Shown: in pieces, positions 51,759 through 64,000 of the stretch | Layout: each line of letters starts with the position of its first letter | How positions within the stretch are numbered: the stretch's first letter is position 1 | Source: the human T2T-CHM13v2.0 reference genome, Homo sapiens | Length of the DNA: 64,000 bases | NCBI RefSeq assembly: GCF_009914755.1 | Contig: NC_060936.1 | Direction: 5' to 3' (one strand) | The notes under the pieces: model-generated | Seen by the model: only the letters and a program-made list of their open reading frames with translations | The model's database searches: none | What the model was told of the DNA's origin: nothing | Position numbers and translations under genes: made by a program

Positions 51759-51853
51759 CCCAGTTGCAGTAGTCCCAGCTACTCAGGAGGAGTCCAAGAG
51801 ATCAGCCTGGCCAACATATTGAGACCCTGTCTCTAAAAAAAGAAAAAAAAAAG
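51759..51853 (+). mobile_element. Short, internally deleted Alu monomer with TSD
   Basis: gtagtcccagctactcaggagg...cagcctggccaacatattgagaccctgtctct plus A tail; TSD aaaacccaagag at 51747-51758 and 51854-51865. Confidence 0.75.
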
Positions 51854-51921
51854 AAAACCCAAGAGAATAAGACTTTAGCAACGTAAGATCAACATACAAA
51901 TGCAACCGTACTCCTTGACAG

Positions 51922-52128
51922 CAGAGGTTGGCAAACATTTTCTGCAAAGAGCAGATATTTTCAGCTTTGTGAGCCATACAGTTTCTTTTGTAATTTATTA
52001 ACACTCCAGTTCTTGCAGGAATACAGCCACAGACATACATAAATGAATGGGTGTAGCTGTGTTCCAATAAGACTTTATTTACAAAAGCAGCCAGCAGGCC
52101 AGATTTGGCCCACAGGCAGTAGTTTGGG
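51922..52128 (+). mobile_element. MER58A (hAT-Charlie)
   Basis: cagaggttggcaaac...gctgtgttccaataagactttatttacaaaa...ccagatttggcccacaggcagtagtttg. Confidence 0.8.
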
Positions 52129-52132
52129 ACTC

Positions 52133-52436
52133 TTTTTTTTTTTTTTTCTTTGAAACAGGGTCTTGCTCTGTTACCCTGACTGGTGGGCAGTGGCATGGTC
52201 ATGGCTCGCTACAGCCTCGACCTCCTGGGCTTCAGTGATACTCCCACCTCAGCCTCCTGAATAGCTGGGACTACAAGCTCATGCCACCATGCTCAGATAA
52301 TTTTTTAATTAATTTTTAGTAGGGATGGGGTCTCACTATGTTACCCAGGCTGGTCTTGAACTCTTGCCTCAAGTGATCCTCCTGCCTCAGCCTCCCAAAG
52401 CACTGGGATTACAGGCATGAGCCACTGCGTCTAGCC
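52133..52436 (-). mobile_element. AluJ
   Basis: Poly-T plus reverse-complement dimer. Confidence 0.92.
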
Positions 52437-54555
52437 TGTCCATTTTTAAATTCAGCAATTTGTCTTTTTATTAAGTTGTAAAACTTCTTCATATATTCTA
52501 GATACAAGTCCCATATCAGGTGCATGATCTGCAAATATTTTCTCCCATTCTGGAGTTGTCTTCACTTTCTTTGTGGTATCCTTTGAAGCACAAAAGTTTT
52601 GAATTTTGGTGATGTCACAATGTCTTTGGTCACTTGTATTTTTGGTGTTTTTGTCTAAGAAGGCTTTGCATAACCCAAGGTCATGAAGATATACACTCCT
52701 GTGTTTTAAGAGTTTTCTGATTTTAGCTCTTCCATTTAGGTCTGTAATTCTTCTTTTTTTTTTTTTTTTTTTTTTTTTTGAGACAGAGTTTCACTCTTGT
52801 TACCCAGGCTGGAGTGTAATGGCGCAATCTCGGCTCACCGCAATCTCGGCTCACCGCAACCTCTGCCTCCCGAGTTCAAGTGATTCTCCTGCCTCAGCCT
52901 CCCGAGTAGCTGGGATTGCAGGCATGCGCCACCATGGCCAGCTAATTTTGTATTTTTAGTACAGACACGGTTTCTCTATGTTGGTCAGGCTGGTCTCAAA
53001 CCCACGACCTCCGGTGATCAGCCCGCCTCGGCCTCCCAAAGTGCTGGGATTACAGGCATGAGCCACCGCACCCAGCCTGTAATTCATTTTGAGTTAAGTT
53101 TTGTGTACATCATGAGGAAAGGATCCGACTTCATTCTTTTGCATATCGATACCTAGCTGTCCCAACATTTGTTGAAGAGACCAATCTTTCTCCTATTGAG
53201 TTGTTTTGGTTCCCTTGTGAAAATCAATTGACCATAAATGTAAGGGTTTATTTCTGGATTTTCTATTCCATTGACCTGCATGTCCATCTTTATGCCAGTA
53301 CCACATTGTCTTGATTCCTGCAGCTTTGTATTAAGTTTTGAAATCAGAAAGTGTAAATCCTCCAACTTTGTCCTCTTCCTTCAAGACTGTTTTGGCTATT
53401 CTGAGTCCCATGAAGTTTAGTCTCAGCTTGTCAAGTTCTGCAAAGAAGCCAGCTGAGGTTTTGATAGAGATTTGCATTGGATTTATAGATCAACTTAGGG
53501 AATATTGCCATCTTATTATTGTCTTCCAATCCATGAATACAGGGTGTCTTTCCATTTATTTTTCTTTCAACAATGTTTTGTAGTTTACAGATTTTGAGTT
53601 TTGCTCTTTTGTTAAATTTATTCCTCAGTCGTCTTTTTGATGCTGTTGTAATTGGAATTTTCTTAATTTTTGGACTCATTGTGAATAAATAGAGTTGATT
53701 TTTGTATATTGATCTTGTATCCTGCAACCTTGCTGAACTTCTTTATTCTAATAGTTTTTTAGTGAATTTCTCAGGATATCCTGTATACAAGATAATGTCA
53801 TCTGTGACTAGAGATGGTTTTACTTCTTTCTAATATGAATGCTTTTTTTTTTTTTTTGTCTAATTGCTCTGGCTAAAACTTTTAGTACAATATTGAATAG
53901 GAGTGGAAAGATACTTTGTCTTATTCCTGATTGTAGAGGGAAAGCATTGAGTCTTTTACCGTGAAGTATGATGTTAACTATGTAGTTTTCATAGTTTTTT
54001 GAGTGTTTTTATCATGAGGGATATTGATTTGGCAAATGCTCTGTGTCTATTGGGATGAAGATGTGTTAGTTGTCCTTCTGTCAATATGGTATTAACATTA
54101 ATTGATTTTTGGATGTTGAACCAACCTTGCATTCCTGGGATAAGTCCCACTTGGTCATGGTATATAGTCCTTTTTCTAAGTGGCTGGATTTAGTTTGCTA
54201 GTATTTTGTTGGTTTTTGCATCTATATTCATAATGGCTATATGGTCCATAGTTTTTTTGTGTGTAATATCTTTGTCTGGTTTTAGAATTAGGGTAATACT
54301 GGCCTTACAGAATTCATCTGGAAGTGTTCTCTCTTTTTTTTATGGAAGAGGTTGTGAATAATTAATTCTTATTTAAATGCTTGGTAGAATTCACCTATGA
54401 GGCCATCTAGGTCTGGGCTTTTCATTGTTGGTAGTGTTTTGATTGCTAATTCAATCTCTTTACTTGTTATAGGTCTATTCAGATTTTCAATTTCTCAAGT
54501 TAGTCTTGGTAGTTGATGTCTTTCTAGGAATTTGTCCATTTCCTCTAAATTATGA
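52437..54555 (-). mobile_element. L1M (MB-like) ORF2 fragment, interrupted by an Alu
   Basis: Minus-strand ORFs 53153-53365 (IENPEINPYIYGQLIF...LFNKCWD) and 53431-53727 (MAIFPKLIYKSNA) are recognisable L1 ORF2 remnants. Confidence 0.88.
52751..53077 (-). mobile_element. AluSp-like with internal 16-bp tandem duplication
   Basis: Long poly-T; cgcaatctcggctcac x2 (52823-52854); TSD ctgtaattc. Confidence 0.93.
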
Positions 54556-54599
54556 AACTCTGACAAAAGAGGCAAATGGCCTTTATGGAGAAGATAAGT

Positions 54600-55130
54600 T
54601 TATTCAGTGGTATTTTTTAAAGACCTAAATAAACTTAGAAATATGTCATGCATATAGACAGAGATTCAAATGGAAGAAATTCAGTCCCTACATCTTGAGC
54701 ATTTGTGTGTGTGTAACTCAAAAGCTGACTTAATTGATAAAAGCAAAGGGACCAAAAATGGCCAAGGCACTTTTGAAAAAGAAGTATCAGGGTTGGGGAA
54801 GGGGCTTGTCCTGTTACAGCTTCAAGTTGAGACAGTGGGATCAGCACAAGGACCAGGAGACAAAGCAGGGGTTGCAGATCACTGGGGAGACATATGCCAT
54901 GCTGGGGCAAGTGGTTATCCACAGGGAATAAGTGACAGAGGAGGCCTACCTCACACCATACCCAAAAAGGAATCCCAGGCAGACTAGAAATCTAACTGTG
55001 GAAAGCAAAACCATATCATTCTTCGAAGAAAATGATGGAGAATATAATCCCCAGGATAGAAAGGATTTCCAAAATGAGAGAAAAAAAAGACAAGCCACAA
55101 ATTGAGAGTGGGTGTCTGCAACACTTATAA
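54600..55130 (+). mobile_element. Old plus-strand L1M ORF2 remnant (probably continues the piece at ~51520-51910)
   Basis: aagacctaaataaa...aaagcaaagggaccaaaaatggccaaggcacttttgaaaaagaag...cctacctcacaccatacccaaaa. Confidence 0.6.
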
Positions 55131-58100
55131 TGGACCAGTGTCCAGAATAGAGAGCCACGGATGTGGCTGCAGAAAGACAATGATGGGAACAGGCAGGGAG
55201 CCAGGGGTGGGGAGGGGGCGGGACGGGTAGGTGAGTCAGAACAACATGTATATGGCTGGAGACAGACAGGAGTAGGTCTATGTCTGGAGAAGGCGAGAGA
55301 TGAGGCCGGGCTGAAGGCAAAAGGACAGGCAGCAACATCAGGACAAGACAGCAAACACAGACAAATCTGGGGCCCTGGGTGCAGGCAGAGAGTAAGGTGT
55401 GGGCTCCCAAAGACAGAGCCCAGCTAGGGAGTGGGCAAGGGAAACTGAGGCACATGGGAGCGTCAAGAAAGTCAGGCTGGAGAGGGATTAAAGTGTCCCC
55501 AGCCCCACCAGCAGGGCCACCTTGGCCGCTCCAGGGCTGTGGGGTGTGGAAGGTGCGTGTGGATAAATGTGTGCCCGGAGCACCTGACTGTCTTTGTATG
55601 TTGAGGGTGTCCCTGAATGTCTGGGCACACATGTGAGCATCTCAGCACACGTATGTAGCTTGCGTGTGTGCACATGTTAGAGAATGAGAGGCAGGGTCCT
55701 TTGTACAGGGCCCATTGTTCGCTGCTACCCTCCACTGCCAGTTCCAGCCCAGAAAGAGCTAAAAGGAAGGTGGCCAGCCTTTTCTGAGCACCTGTACCAG
55801 GCTGACTGACATGCATTCTGTCATTTCATCTCCATTCCCCTGCCCTCACGGGAAACAGACATCAGGAGAGCTGCAGTCACTTCCCTGAGGTTCCCTGGCT
55901 GGTCACTGGGATGTGTGGATTCACACCTGTGGCTGACCTCAGGGGCCCTCAGGCTACCACCCTAGTCATTCGGCTGGGGCAGGGTCCCTGGGACAGCCAG
56001 GAAGGTATGGAGCAGCCACTCCTGCCCCTCCCCACACCCCTCCCATAAAGGCTGGAGAACAGCTGTGTCTGCCCTAGCCCAGCCGCCGTCCCTGCCCCCA
56101 CTCCTGGGCGACCTCATTAGGGATTCTGCCTCTGCCACCAGCTAATTAGTGTCACGTTAATTGAGCATTCAGGAGGCTGCCACCTCCAAGGGCAGAGTGT
56201 GGCAGCAAAGGGGAATGCAGATGTGGAGCTGCTCCCCCTGGTGAGCTGGGGCCAGGCCCTGTGCCAGGGACCCCTTCCATCCTAGAGAAGCCCTGGACAC
56301 CCCTTGCTCCCCCATTTCAACACAGGTAATACCCTGAGCCCTAACAAAGGAGGCAGTAGACAAAGCGTGCAACGGCTTGAGAAAGAAACGACACTGGGTG
56401 AACACCTACTGTGTGCTTGCACACCTTTCACTCTCCCCTCTCCTATGGGAAGGCGAGAATTTGCTCCCTTCTACCGTCCAGAAAGCTGAAGTCCACCAAG
56501 GGAACCCCTTCTCCAGGGGTATGCCCAGTGAAGCAGTAGGAACCTAGGACCGCAGGGGGATCCAGGAGGTAGCTCTAGTGCCAGCAGAACCCACCTCCAA
56601 GTCTCCTGACTGCCACTCCCAGCTCCTTGGACAGGCGACTTGCCCTCTCCAAGCCTCAGCTGCTTATCTGTCAAATGGGGGCAGCCCCAGAATGCACCCC
56701 ACAGGATGGTGAGGGCTGAAGAACACACGCCTCTCCCTGGACCCAGCCTGGCCCTGCCTGGCTCACTCTGCGGTAGGTGCCTGGGGTCCCATATCACAGG
56801 CCCTGTGGTGCAGAGTGTTGCAGTCCAAGCTCCCCGCTGCTCCATGGTCCCTCTGGCACATCCCCAACCCACTCCGCCTGCCCTGCCCCCTCCTCAGCTT
56901 CTGGAAGGCCCGCTCTTGTGTCTCCCTATAGCAACATTAAATCCCACTCAAAGGGCTGGTTTTAATTGGCTTAATATACTCGTTAATAACCGCATCTATT
57001 TAACACACCTGTAAAAGGCCCATAACATTAACTTAATGGCAGCGGCAGTTCGTCCAGCACTTCCAGCCCAGCCAGCCTTTTAAATTTCCCGACAAGTCTT
57101 TAATGGGGGCCGCAGCAGGCAGAGGCAGAGTGGGGGAAGGAGTGGCCCCAGTACACAGTGGGGAGCACCCTGGCTTCTGCACGTTTGAGCCCAGATGCTG
57201 CCTGGCGGCTGCCCCTGCAACCTCTCAAAGGCCTGGGAGCGGGATTCTTTGGCCTTGGAGCCGCCATCCATGGGACGCTTTCCAAGCACCTTCGGTGGTG
57301 GCAGCTGCAATTATTTAGATGTCAGGGTGGTGAGAAAAAACAGGATCTGCCCTAGAAGGTCTCCAAATCTAGCCCAGGAGAAAAGTAGACCGACAGCTAC
57401 AGCATGGGGGTCCTACGAGGGCACGTCAGGGGCTGCCTGGCTGAGGGACACCTTGGCTGAGACCTGAGGGTCAGGAGAGCCAGTGGGCCAGGGGTATGTA
57501 GGCAACCCCTCTTACTGCATTTACCCAGCACACAACGCAAGCTCCTACTGTGTACCATGCACCAGTGGGCACCAGTGCATGGTGGAACGCTGGGTGGAGG
57601 CCGCCCCTGCCTCATGGACAGCACCCCCACACACACATTTCACCACTTTGGATCAGGTGCTGTGACTCACAGATGAGGCCCTTTGCATAGGGGCGTGGGG
57701 CAGGGGAAACACATACAGACCCGGAGAGCAGTCTGTTCAGGTGGTCAGCACGGGGAGGCAGTGCTTCAGTTAGACCCTAAAGGACCAGTGAGGCTCCGGT
57801 TATGGAGGAAAGAGGGCACATCAGTGTGAGAGAATGGGCCCGAGCCACAGTACCAACGCTGCCCAGTGACTGAGAGCAGGAGCCAGGGGGATGGAGGACC
57901 TGGGCTCAAATCCTGACTCACAAATCCTCTCTTGGCCACCAGTGGTCTCAAACTGGCAGCCTGTGGACCACATCCCGCCCACCTGGTGTGTGGTTGGCCC
58001 TGCTGGGTATTTGAACGCTGCTTAAATGTGAACATTCTCTGGTCAGGACACACCCTCCCTGCCACCTCAGTCCCTGCCATCTGTCCTCTCTAGGCATTTG

Positions 58101-60754
58101 TTTGTGACCCCCGCTTGACACTCTACTCCTTGAACGTCTGACCTCTTCTGAAGCACGGGGCTGCCACAAGGTCTGCGGAAGGGCAAGGCCATGAGGGTTT
58201 GGCACAATGCCTGGCCTGGAGGGAACAGTCAACAGAGGGTGGCGTATGAGAGGAAGCTGGGGACGCCATGTGTGGTTCCAGGGGCCTGCGGGAAGGAGAC
58301 CTGGGCCAGGTGGCCAGGGCCTTGAATGCCACCCTCAGCAGCTCAGACTCACGCAAGCAGGAGCTCAGTGGAGGGGTTACAGAAAGAGGCAGCTGGGAGC
58401 TTGGAGGCAGTGGAGGGGGCTCCGATGAAGTCATCAACCCCACAACCATGCCCCCACTGAGGGCAGGCACTGAGCTAAGCCGGCTCTTAACACCTCTCAC
58501 AGAACCTCCCAGGTCAGCAGCAGCATTCACCCATTTCACACAAGGGAAAATGAAAGCTCAGAGAGGGACAGTGGTGTGCCTCAGGCCACACAGCCAGTGT
58601 GTGGCAGAGCTGGGACTTGAACCAGATCTGTGGCTCAGAGTCCACGAATTCCACCTGCAGCCCCACCCCCAGATGCTGTAAGGCTGCCCCCCCAGGCCTC
58701 TGTGCTCTTCCCAGGAGCAGAAGCTGCCTCACCAAGGTGGGTGGCGAGCCAGAAGGGTCCACGGGAGTACGAGGAGCTTTGATGCAGCTGCCAAGGGCAC
58801 TACCCCAGGCTCCAGGCAGGACCCGAGGAGGACAGGGAGCTGTGCGCCCCTCCCCCCATCCTAAATCAATACTCAGTCACTGGCTGCTGGCAATTATAGA
58901 AAAGCACAGAGGAGTAAAATCCCCCTGCCATCCCATAACCCGGGCCCTCTTCCCCAGGCAGGCTGCTGTCAGCATTTGGGGCTTGTTCCTTCACACCTTG
59001 GTTCTATCTCCTTCCAGAGAGAAGGAGAGAGCCTGCGAGGGTATAGTAAGTTACAGGCATGTGGGAGCCGCCTCTTTCCATGTGTCTCCCTGTCCATATC
59101 CCCCACATCTCCAGGCCTCTCGAACCTCATGTTTAGGGCCCAGCAAGTCCCATTGCTTCTGAGGGCCCCTGGGTGTGGGTACTCTGCCTGGAGCTGGCAG
59201 TTGGGCAGCTCCCAGGGCTTCCTTTGGCCCCTTTCCAGCCAGCAGCCTGGGGGGTCGTAGGAAGACCTGAGTCAGATCTCTCCTCTCGGCTCAGAACCTT
59301 CCAAAGCAGAGGAAACCCCCGGGTCCTGGCAGTGGCCCTGAAGCCTGCCGGTTTGCAGTGCACTCCCACCTCTCCAGCCTGTCTTCCCCACCCACCCTCA
59401 CCCTGCACCAACTGCTTCCCCAGCTGTGCCAGGTCCCATGCATTCACCAACCCCCCAAGACTACCTTCCATCAACCATCCACATGGCTCCTTTGCCCACC
59501 TCCCTCCAATCTGTACTCCAAAGCCACATTATCAGAGGAGGCTTCTTTGCTGACCACCCTGTCCAAGCTAGGTGCCGCTGCATCTTGCCACTCATAGTCC
59601 CATGCCCTGCTGTTCTGGTTACTGTAGCTGTGTACTAACCCAAAACCAGCAGTGCCAAACAGCCAGTCATGCTCGGGAATAGGGGCCGGGCACAGTGGGG
59701 AGGGTGCAGCTGCCCTGTGATGTCCTGGTGATGGTAGGGGCCATGGAAATCTTCTGAAGACCTGCATGCTCACATGTTAGGCCTCAGCTTCGTCAGAACG
59801 CAGTGGCCAGGTTCCAAGGATGGAGGTCCCAAGAGAACATATTCCAGGTGGAAGGCACATTGCCTCTTACAACCCAGCCATGAGAGTCACACGGCGCCAC
59901 TTCCATGGCATCCTATTTATTTGATAGAATGGAGTCACGAAGCCGCAGGCCCCCTCCCCACCATCCTTGCCACTGCTGAGAAGCCTGTCCCAGCCCGCTG
60001 GCTCACCCACTTCCTTCATGTAAGACCTTTTCCTGTCATTACATTTACCAAAACGGGACTGTGCAATTGCACTAAACACTCGCAGCTGGGCCCACTTTCA
60101 AGGGAGAGTCTAGAGCCTTCACCAAGCTGGGGTCAGGGCCCCAAGTAGTCTGGGACCCCAAGCCACCTCCATTGCTACTCTGGTGGAACAGGTTGGGTTT
60201 GAGGCACCCATGGGTGAGCTCAGGAAAGTCCTTCAGGGAACAAGATGTAAAGGAGGAGCTGCAAACCCATTGGCTTCCAGGGGCCACTGGAGCACTGTGG
60301 CCAGGCCAGGCTTCAGACAGGGACTCCAGTGACCTGGAGGCTCATGCCCCACCTGAAGGCACTCACATTCAAAGCACGTTGAAGCACTGAGCAGCTCCCC
60401 CAAGCCCATCTCTAAGAGGGACTGGGGCTCAGGGCCACCAGCTGGAGGTTGCTAGGTGCCAGGCAGAAGCCCAGGGCAGGTGTGAGAGCTGCCTCCCTGG
60501 GTGGCCTCCCTGCCTCCTTGAGCCTCTAGGCTGACTCTGTGGTCCCTTCTCAGGACTGTCCTCCTCCTGATTCTAGGGAAGAGGAGGGCCTCATGAAGCC
60601 CCTGGCTTTGCCCTGCCTCAAGGTGGAAGTAGGGTGAAGACAGCCTGGAAAGCAGACAGACTGGGCCTGAATCTCAGCTCCACCCTTTGCTGATTGCATG
60701 CTCTTGGGAGACTCTGAGCTTCCACTTCCTGCTCTGTACAGCGGGAACTGCATG

Positions 60755-61285
60755 AGTCACCTACTGCCGTGTGACAAGTAAAACTCAGTGGCTTAAGGCA
60801 GCAACAGTCATTTAATATTTCTCATGGTTTCTGTGGCTTAGGAAGTTGGGAGCAGCTTGGCTAAGTGGTTCTGCTCAGGGTCTGTCATGAGGTTGCAGTC
60901 AGGATATTGGCCAGGGCTGCACTCTCATCCAAAGGCCTGACTGGGGCTGGAGGATCTGCTTCCAAGAAGTCTCACATGGTCTTCTTGGCTGAAGGCTGCA
61001 GTTCATGGCTACATGGGCCTCTTTCTCCATGGGCTGCTTCAGTGTCCTGGCACAACAGTGGCTTCCCCCAGAGCAAGTGGTCTGAGAGAGCGAGTGAGGA
61101 GGAAGCCACAACTACTTTTATGACTGAGCCCTGGAAGCCATATTCTTTCACTTCCAGAGTATCATACTAGTTATACAGGTCAGTCCTGTTTGGTGTGGGT
61201 CCCAGGGACTGGACAAGGGCATGAATACCAGGAGGTATAAAAATCATTGGAGTGAGTGGCAGATCATGGAGGCCAGCTGCCAAAT
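60755..61285. mobile_element. MLT1-type (MaLR) solo LTR
   Basis: aaaactcagtggcttaa...ctcatggtttctgtgg...gactggggctggaggatctgcttccaag...aagggcatgaataccaggagg. Confidence 0.8.
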
Positions 61286-61339
61286 GTCCTAACTTGTCTG
61301 TTTCCTCATCAGTAAAACAGGGACCATCTCCCACCTCTA

Positions 61340-61711
<372 letters not shown>

Positions 61712-62654
61712 CTAGCACATACTAGACGCTCACCAAAATGAGCTTCTGTATTATGGCACTTTCTGTGGAATGGCAGAGGGACCAGGTCACCCTCAATGAG
61801 CCCTGTTGACCACATGGGGGCAAAATGCCCCTTCTTTCAGTGAATGGGGACTAGGAACAGGCACTCCTTTTTTTTCTTCTTCTTCTTAAGGTTTTAAACA
61901 CCTAATTTATTCCGTCCATTAGATAGATTTTGTAGATTTAATCATTTTCACAGTTGGTGGCTCATTGGATACTCAAGATAAACTCCAAATGAAAGTATAA
62001 TGGTGAGGACAAATGAGTTTTCACACCACAATGGCAGAAACTTGCTTGGGAAGAGAGTTTAAGAGGAACAAAAATACATACAGATATAATTTTTTTTTCC
62101 TCGGCAGCTGCTTTTGCTGACTCCAGTAGGTTACCACAGTTAATTTCACCAGTTTTGTTCATCTGTAAAATTGCATAAAAGTGACATTTTTGTGCTCATT
62201 ATAGCAACTGCTGATTTATGGCTGGTAAATGAAGAGCTGGTCCCTTTTTTGCGGGACTCTCCGAGTGGCGCTAAGTGCCCATGAAATTGCTTGTATAATG
62301 TAGTTTAAATCCAATCTCGGAGAAAGATTCCCCCGTTGGCCAAAGTGACATTTCCATTCTCCACACCGAGTTTATTTTAGGCCACTTAGGAGGAGGCTGC
62401 CCCGGGCAGAGTCGGGATGGGGGTCCATGGCTGGGTCCACTTGCCCAGCCCCAGTGAGGCCAGATGAACGGAGAGCCACCTACTTCTTCACTCCCTGCTG
62501 CCCTGGCCAGGTCAGACCACACCCTTCACCCAGGGCAGAGGCAAATAAGCCCACTGAAGCTCATTTGCCTAGGCTCATAGGCCTGCCCATGCCTTACCCT
62601 GCTTAAAACCTCCCATGGCTGCCCAGTGCCCCACGTCGGGGCCTCTCCCCCTTT

Positions 62655-62835
62655 GGCCCTGCTGACAGTTGGGACTGGACCCTTTTCTGTGGCAGAGCTG
62701 TCCTGTGCATTGTAGGATGTTTAGTGGCATCCCAGGCCATGACCCACCCGATGCCAGTAGCACCTCTACCCCTAGCTGTGACAGCCAAACATGTCTCTAC
62801 ACACAGCCAGAGTGCCCCGTGCAGTGAGAGCCGCT
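62655..62835 (-). mobile_element. MER20 (hAT-Charlie)
   Basis: gctgtcctgtgcattgtaggatgtttagtggcatccc...gatgccagtagcacc...gtgacagccaaacatgtctc. Confidence 0.8.
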
Positions 62836-64000
62836 TTCCTGCAGCGAAGAGGCCCTCCCGGCCGGCCACCTCTCTTGGGCTTCTCTCTGCAAGCCTGCCC
62901 CGGTGCCTCTCTCCTCCCGAGTCATTTGCAGTTCCCACCCTGACTACTTCTCTGCCTCAGGGCCTTTGCCTGGGCTGTTTACTCTGCCTGAAATCTGTTT
63001 CTCCCTCCCTTTTCACCTCTTCTACCAGTGGCCCAGGACTTAACCAGGATACAGTTCCTTTTGGGAAGCTGTCTCTGGACCCCCATGTCCCGCCACCGCC
63101 TGTTCCTCTCCATCCCATTTCACTTGGATTGGTTGTGAGCCCACGAGGTGTCAGGGACGATGCTTTAGAAGGTTGGGACATGGCCAGCAGCCTTCTGATC
63201 AGTGGGGAGGTAGCAGGGTCTGCACTCTATCCCCAGCTGCGATGCCAGTCCCACCTGTGCCTGTCTGAAGGGTGGCATGAGTCCCCTGCCCCTTTTCTGG
63301 GAGGGCCCTTTCTCTGGGCAGATGGGGAAGGTATTAATACTCACGCTCACAGAACACCAGCTTTTGTTAACGCCATCTACCGCACATGACCCGTCAAACC
63401 CTCCCAGCCATCTTGGGAAGTAGTATTAGCAGTAGCATCACCCCATTTTACAGATGAGGAAGCAGAGGCCGAGTGGTGAAGCTCCTCTCCCAGGCTCCCC
63501 TGAAAGTAATGAGCTCCAAGCACCTATCATGTACCTCACCCCCTACTGAGCCCCCGGCGCCTCCATTCCTTGAGGCCACCTTGGAGACCTGGCATGATCA
63601 TGACCCTCATTCTACAGGTGGGAAAACAGGCTCAGCTGGGCAAACTACATGCCCAGGGCCATTCCATCTGCCTCATGGAACTCCACCACCACCACTCTCC
63701 ATACCCCCTCAGCCCCGGAAAGCTGTGGGCTGCCCTTGGGAATGTCTCAGGACCAGGGAGGGGCTATGGATGGGGGCAGGAGTCTGCCCGCCATGGCCCT
63801 CCTTCCCCATGGCAGGGCCAGTTGTGTCCACTTATAGTGGGGACAGTCAGCCTGTAGCACAGAGCGTACCCTTCAGCCCCATGCAGGCGGCTCACTAAAA
63901 AGGCAGCAGCAGCCATGCTGGCCTTACAGGTGAACAGTAGACTCAAGGAGGGGCCAGGAAGCAAGAGGCAGCAGCTCGCCCTGGCGCTAAGCCCCATCTG

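Noticed and set aside
53153-53727. L1 ORF2-like peptides as an active reverse transcriptase gene
   Set aside because: Short, frameshifted, decayed fragments of an old L1M; no intact ORF or 5'UTR.

Overview
Primate (almost certainly human) GC-rich genomic DNA with many Alu, MIR, L2, old L1M, DNA-transposon and MaLR remnants. It holds the 5' part of FAM222A (C12orf34/Aggregatin; human 12q24 from recall) on the + strand. A CpG-island promoter leads into a ~1.07-kb non-coding exon 1 (predicted initiator A at 11278, donor after 12350). A 29-kb intron 1 follows, then the 128-nt exon 2 (41567-41694), which carries the start codon (41613) and encodes [27 protein letters not shown]. This true CDS is absent from the supplied ORF track. 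Intron 2 runs off the window end. No prokaryotic-type system, CRISPR array or structural RNA gene is present, and the listed ORFs look like chance, GC-bias or repeat artefacts. The most notable signals are: (1) a ~1.12-kb 5'UTR with four AUG uORFs, including a perfect-Kozak M-G-A-stop, and an interrupted GCC repeat; (2) recurring RFX X-boxes, some in tight modules with CRE, CCAAT, octamer, TATA and GC boxes; (3) many repeat-free motif-dense intronic blocks resembling conserved enhancers or alternative promoters; (4) candidate antisense exons; (5) several small template-switch or duplication scars. Repeat boundaries and families were assigned by eye and are approximate.
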